Under the pieces are notes generated by a model, which had not been told where the DNA came from, did no database searches, and saw only the letters and a list, made by a program, of their open reading frames with translations. Positions 21,587 through 24,000 of a stretch of 24,000 bases of DNA are shown here, piece after piece; position 1 is the stretch's first letter; the number at the start of each line of letters is the position of its first letter. Position numbers and translations under genes: made by a program. The stretch lies in NCBI RefSeq assembly GCF_000020325.1, contig NC_010730.1, forward strand, positions 1,712,175 through 1,736,174, read 5' to 3'. Source of the stretch: Sulfurihydrogenibium sp. YO3AOP1 (GTDB lineage Bacteria; Aquificota; Aquificia; Aquificales; Hydrogenothermaceae).

Positions 21587-21816
21587 GCCATCCTGAGGCT
21601 GTGAAGAATCTCATTTACATCCTAATTCTGTCATTCTGAGCGTCAGCGAAGAATCTCATTTTTCATCAATTTTTAAAAAAGAGATCCTTCGGACTTACGT
21701 CCTCAGGATGACAGGAAAAGGTTGAATGATAAACATTAAAGGAAGGATAACCTATTCCGTCATTCTACAGCCGGCGAAAAATCTCATGTTTTTGTTAAAT
21801 TTCTCACCCGACGTAT
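21587..21816. repeat. Composite cluster of foldback-repeat modules, copy e (reverse orientation), ending in a single terminal repeat
   Basis: The modules are gccatcctgaggctgtgaagaatctc (21587-21612, a hybrid), gtcattctgagcgtcagcgaagaatctc (21630-21657), gagatccttcggacttacgtcctcaggatgac (21681-21712) and gtcattctacagccggcgaaaaatctc (21759-21785). The terminal repeat taaatttctcacccgacgtat is at 21796-21816. Its reverse complement, atacgtcgggtgagaaatt, matches the left terminal repeat of copy c at 18 of 19 positions. Confidence 0.7.
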
Positions 21817-21862
21817 TAAAATTTTACATATATTATATACGGTTGAAAATTCAAAAGATGTT

Positions 21863-21928
21863 AGAAAGTGAGAAGTGACGAGTATTTTTAAAGTCTTTTA
21901 CATGTCATCTATCACAACATTTCACAAT
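21863..21928 (+). repeat. Second copy of the bipartite GTGAG-rich / CACA-rich element
   Basis: agaaagtgagaagtgacgagtattt lies at 21863-21887 and acatgtcatctatcacaacatttcacaat at 21900-21928. The layout and orientation match 12191-12266. Confidence 0.35.
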
Positions 21929-21951
21929 ATGACTAAAATTTTATCATTTTG

Positions 21952-21960
21952 TGGTAAAAT
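21952..21960 (+). promoter_or_regulatory. Possible extended -10 promoter for fabG-acpP-fabF
   Basis: TGgTAAAAT (a TGn extended -10) ends 30 nt upstream of the fabG ATG, with the RBS TGAGGT in between. There is no good -35 at standard spacing. Confidence 0.3.
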
Positions 21961-21990
21961 ATTAACAATTTTTTATTAAATGAGGTTAGA

Positions 21991-22731
21991 ATGCTAAATT
22001 TTGCTGGTAAAAATGCACTTATAACAGGCTCTACAAGAGGTATTGGTAAAGCAATTGCAGTAGAATTTGCAAAGCTTGGAGCCAATGTAATCATTACTGG
22101 TAGAGATAGAAAATCAGCTGAAGTTTTAGCAAATAATATTGAAAAAGAATATAACGTTAAAGCATTTGGAATAGATTTAGATTTGGCCGGAGATGTTTCA
22201 AAAAGCTTCGAAGAGATAAACAGCTTTACACAAGGAAAAATTGATATACTTGTTAACAACGCAGGAATTACAAAAGATACACTTTTCATCAGAATGAAAG
22301 AAGAAGATTGGAACAGCGTTATCAATGTAAATCTAAACGGTACGTTTAAAATTACTCAACAAGTTGTAAAACTAATGATTAAACAAAGATACGGAAGGAT
22401 TATAAATATAAGCTCTATTATTGGTTTTATTGGAAATATAGGACAGGCAAACTACGCAGCCACAAAAGCTGGATTGATAGGATTTACAAAATCCTTAGCA
22501 AAAGAACTTGCATCAAGAAATATTACCGTTAACGCAGTTGCCCCCGGCTTTATAGAAACTGATATGACCGCAGAGCTGCCGGAAGATATTAAAGCTCAGT
22601 ATCTTAAACAGATACCTTTAAGCAGATTTGGAAAGCCAGAAGACGTTGCAAACGTTGTGTTATTTTTAGCATCTGATTTGGCAAGTTATATAACCGGTGA
22701 AATTATTCACGTAAACGGTGGAATGTATTAA
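21991..22731 (+). CDS. fabG: 3-oxoacyl-[acyl-carrier-protein] reductase FabG
   Basis: 246 aa SDR. Diagnostic strings are ITGSTRGIGKAIA, NNAGIT, SSIIG...YAATKAG and a HVNGGMY C-terminus. It is followed by acpP and fabF. Confidence 0.95.
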   Translation: MLNFAGKNALITGSTRGIGKAIAVEFAKLGANVIITGRDRKSAEVLANNIEKEYNVKAFGIDLDLAGDVSKSFEEINSFTQGKIDILVNNAGITKDTLFIRMKEEDWNSVINVNLNGTFKITQQVVKLMIKQRYGRIINISSIIGFIGNIGQANYAATKAGLIGFTKSLAKELASRNITVNAVAPGFIETDMTAELPEDIKAQYLKQIPLSRFGKPEDVANVVLFLASDLASYITGEIIHVNGGMY

Positions 22732-22759
22732 AAAATTTTAAATATAGGAGGTAATAAAA

Positions 22760-22993
22760 ATGTCAGTTGAGCAAAGAGTAAAAGAGATTATAGCAGACCA
22801 ACTCGGTGTTGAGATGGAAAAAATCACACCTGAAGCAAGATTTGTAGATGATTTAGGGGCAGATTCCTTAGACGTAGTTGAGTTAATCATGGCTTTTGAA
22901 GAAGAGTTTGGCGTTGAAATACCCGATGAAGACGCTGAAAAAATTGCAACTGTTAAAGATGTTTTAGACTATATTAAATCAAAACAAGGGTAA
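22760..22993 (+). CDS. acpP: Acyl carrier protein
   Basis: 77 aa. [21 protein letters not shown] contains the phosphopantetheine-attachment serine. AGGAGG lies upstream of the ATG. Confidence 0.97.
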   Translation: MSVEQRVKEIIADQLGVEMEKITPEARFVDDLGADSLDVVELIMAFEEEFGVEIPDEDAEKIATVKDVLDYIKSKQG

Positions 22994-22998
22994 TAGAT

Positions 22999-24000
22999 AT
23001 GAGAAGAGTCGTCGTTACTGGTTTAGGGGCTGTAACACCAATAGGTAATAACGTAAAAGACTTTTGGTCAAATCTTGTTTCGGGCGTTAGCGGTATAGAC
23101 GTAATCAAAAGATTTGACCCAGTTGCTATAGGATTACCTGTAATCATAGCCGGGGAAGTTAAAAATCTCAATCCAGAGCAGTTTTTAGATTCCAAGGAAC
23201 TAAAAAGAATGAGTGATTTTGTTAAGTTTGCTGTAATAGCAGCAAAAGAAGCAATACAAGACTCTGGATTAGAACTTGACAAGATTGACTTAACAAAGGC
23301 TGGTGTTATAGTCGGAACCGGTATCGGCGGCTTGAGGGACATTGAAGAACAACAGAAGGTAGTAATGGAAAAAGGAGTAAGGAGAGTTTCTCCTTTCTTT
23401 ATCCCTTCTGGAATCTCTAACATGGCAGCAGGCTATATATCCATAGAGTTTGGGTTTAAAGGTCCCAACTCTTGTGTTGTAACAGCATGTGCAACAGGAA
23501 CACATTCCATTGGTGATGCATTTAAAATAATTCAAAGAGGCGATGCAGACATTATGATAGCAGGCGGAACAGAATCTGCTATTACACCACTTGGAATTGC
23601 TGGATTTGCTAACATGAAAGCTTTATCAACAAGAAACGATGAGCCTCAAAAAGCATCAAGACCATTTGATTTAGAAAGAGATGGCTTTGTAATGGGTGAA
23701 GGTGCCGGTATAGTGGTTTTAGAAGAGTTAGAACATGCAAAGAAAAGAGGAGCTAAAATTTATGCAGAAGTTGTAGGATATGGATTAACAGGTGATGCTT
23801 ACCATATCACAGCTCCATGTGCCGATGCAGACGGTGCAAAAAGAGTTATAACAATGGCTCTAAACGATGCAAGAATCAACCCAGATGAGGTTGATTATAT
23901 TAATGCTCATGGAACATCTACTCCATTAAACGACAAAATAGAAACATTGGCGATAAAAGAAGTGTTTAAAGACCACGCATACAAACTAAAAGTTAGCTCA
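22999..24000 (+). CDS. fabF: 3-oxoacyl-[acyl-carrier-protein] synthase II FabF, N-terminal 334 codons (continues beyond the window)
   Basis: Own translation from the ATG at 22999 gives [34 protein letters not shown]... The active-site region is [18 protein letters not shown], followed by later ...[13 protein letters not shown]. The ORF is open to the window edge and therefore absent from the ORF track. Confidence 0.95.
   Translation, partial: MRRVVVTGLGAVTPIGNNVKDFWSNLVSGVSGIDVIKRFDPVAIGLPVIIAGEVKNLNPEQFLDSKELKRMSDFVKFAVIAAKEAIQDSGLELDKIDLTKAGVIVGTGIGGLRDIEEQQKVVMEKGVRRVSPFFIPSGISNMAAGYISIEFGFKGPNSCVVTACATGTHSIGDAFKIIQRGDADIMIAGGTESAITPLGIAGFANMKALSTRNDEPQKASRPFDLERDGFVMGEGAGIVVLEELEHAKKRGAKIYAEVVGYGLTGDAYHITAPCADADGAKRVITMALNDARINPDEVDYINAHGTSTPLNDKIETLAIKEVFKDHAYKLKVSS

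Noticed and set aside
21587-21785. Possible CRISPR array, because of repeated 26-33-nt units (also at 14041-14217)
   Set aside because: The units occur in both orientations and pair with each other as hairpins. Spacing is irregular (about 17-46 nt), the spacers are themselves family-conserved, and there are no cas genes in the window. This is a foldback repeat family, not CRISPR.
21933-23535. Minus-strand ORFs 21933-22325, 22974-23423 and 23290-23535
   Set aside because: They are antisense shadows of fabG and fabF, whose identities are unambiguous.

Overview
Visibly AT-rich bacterial chromosomal window (roughly one-third G+C by eye) with 20 supportable protein-coding genes, 17 of them on the minus strand. 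In minus-strand reading order, from high to low coordinates: a PLD-nuclease/SNF2 helicase fusion (18080-21409), a large Eco57I/PglX-like N6-adenine methyltransferase with a TaqI-C-type recognition tail (14248-17877), acpS, the flagellar sigma factor fliA with a translationally coupled unknown ORF, hisA, ridA, reverse gyrase, a methyl-accepting chemotaxis protein with a CxxCH motif in its periplasmic domain, a small membrane ORF, then fliG-fliM-fliN-flgF-flgG-flgA-flgH. The plus strand carries fabG-acpP-fabF at the right edge, with fabF running off the window. Reverse gyrase, flagella, low GC and the interspersed repeats together suggest a thermophile, possibly Aquificota-like; this is inference only. 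Most longer intergenic gaps are occupied by one modular foldback (MITE-like) repeat family, at five loci. One copy has demonstrably inserted into the 3' end of the methyltransferase gene, and inverted copies bracket the helicase-methyltransferase pair. The best candidate for an undescribed system is that two-gene pair: it looks like a compact ATP-dependent restriction-like module and lacks the partner genes of DISARM, BREX or classical R-M types. Other points worth checking are a strong sigma-54-type promoter match upstream of fliA, a triplicated 63-bp in-frame repeat in fliN, and the putative haem-binding chemoreceptor sensor. No rRNA, tRNA or CRISPR array was seen.
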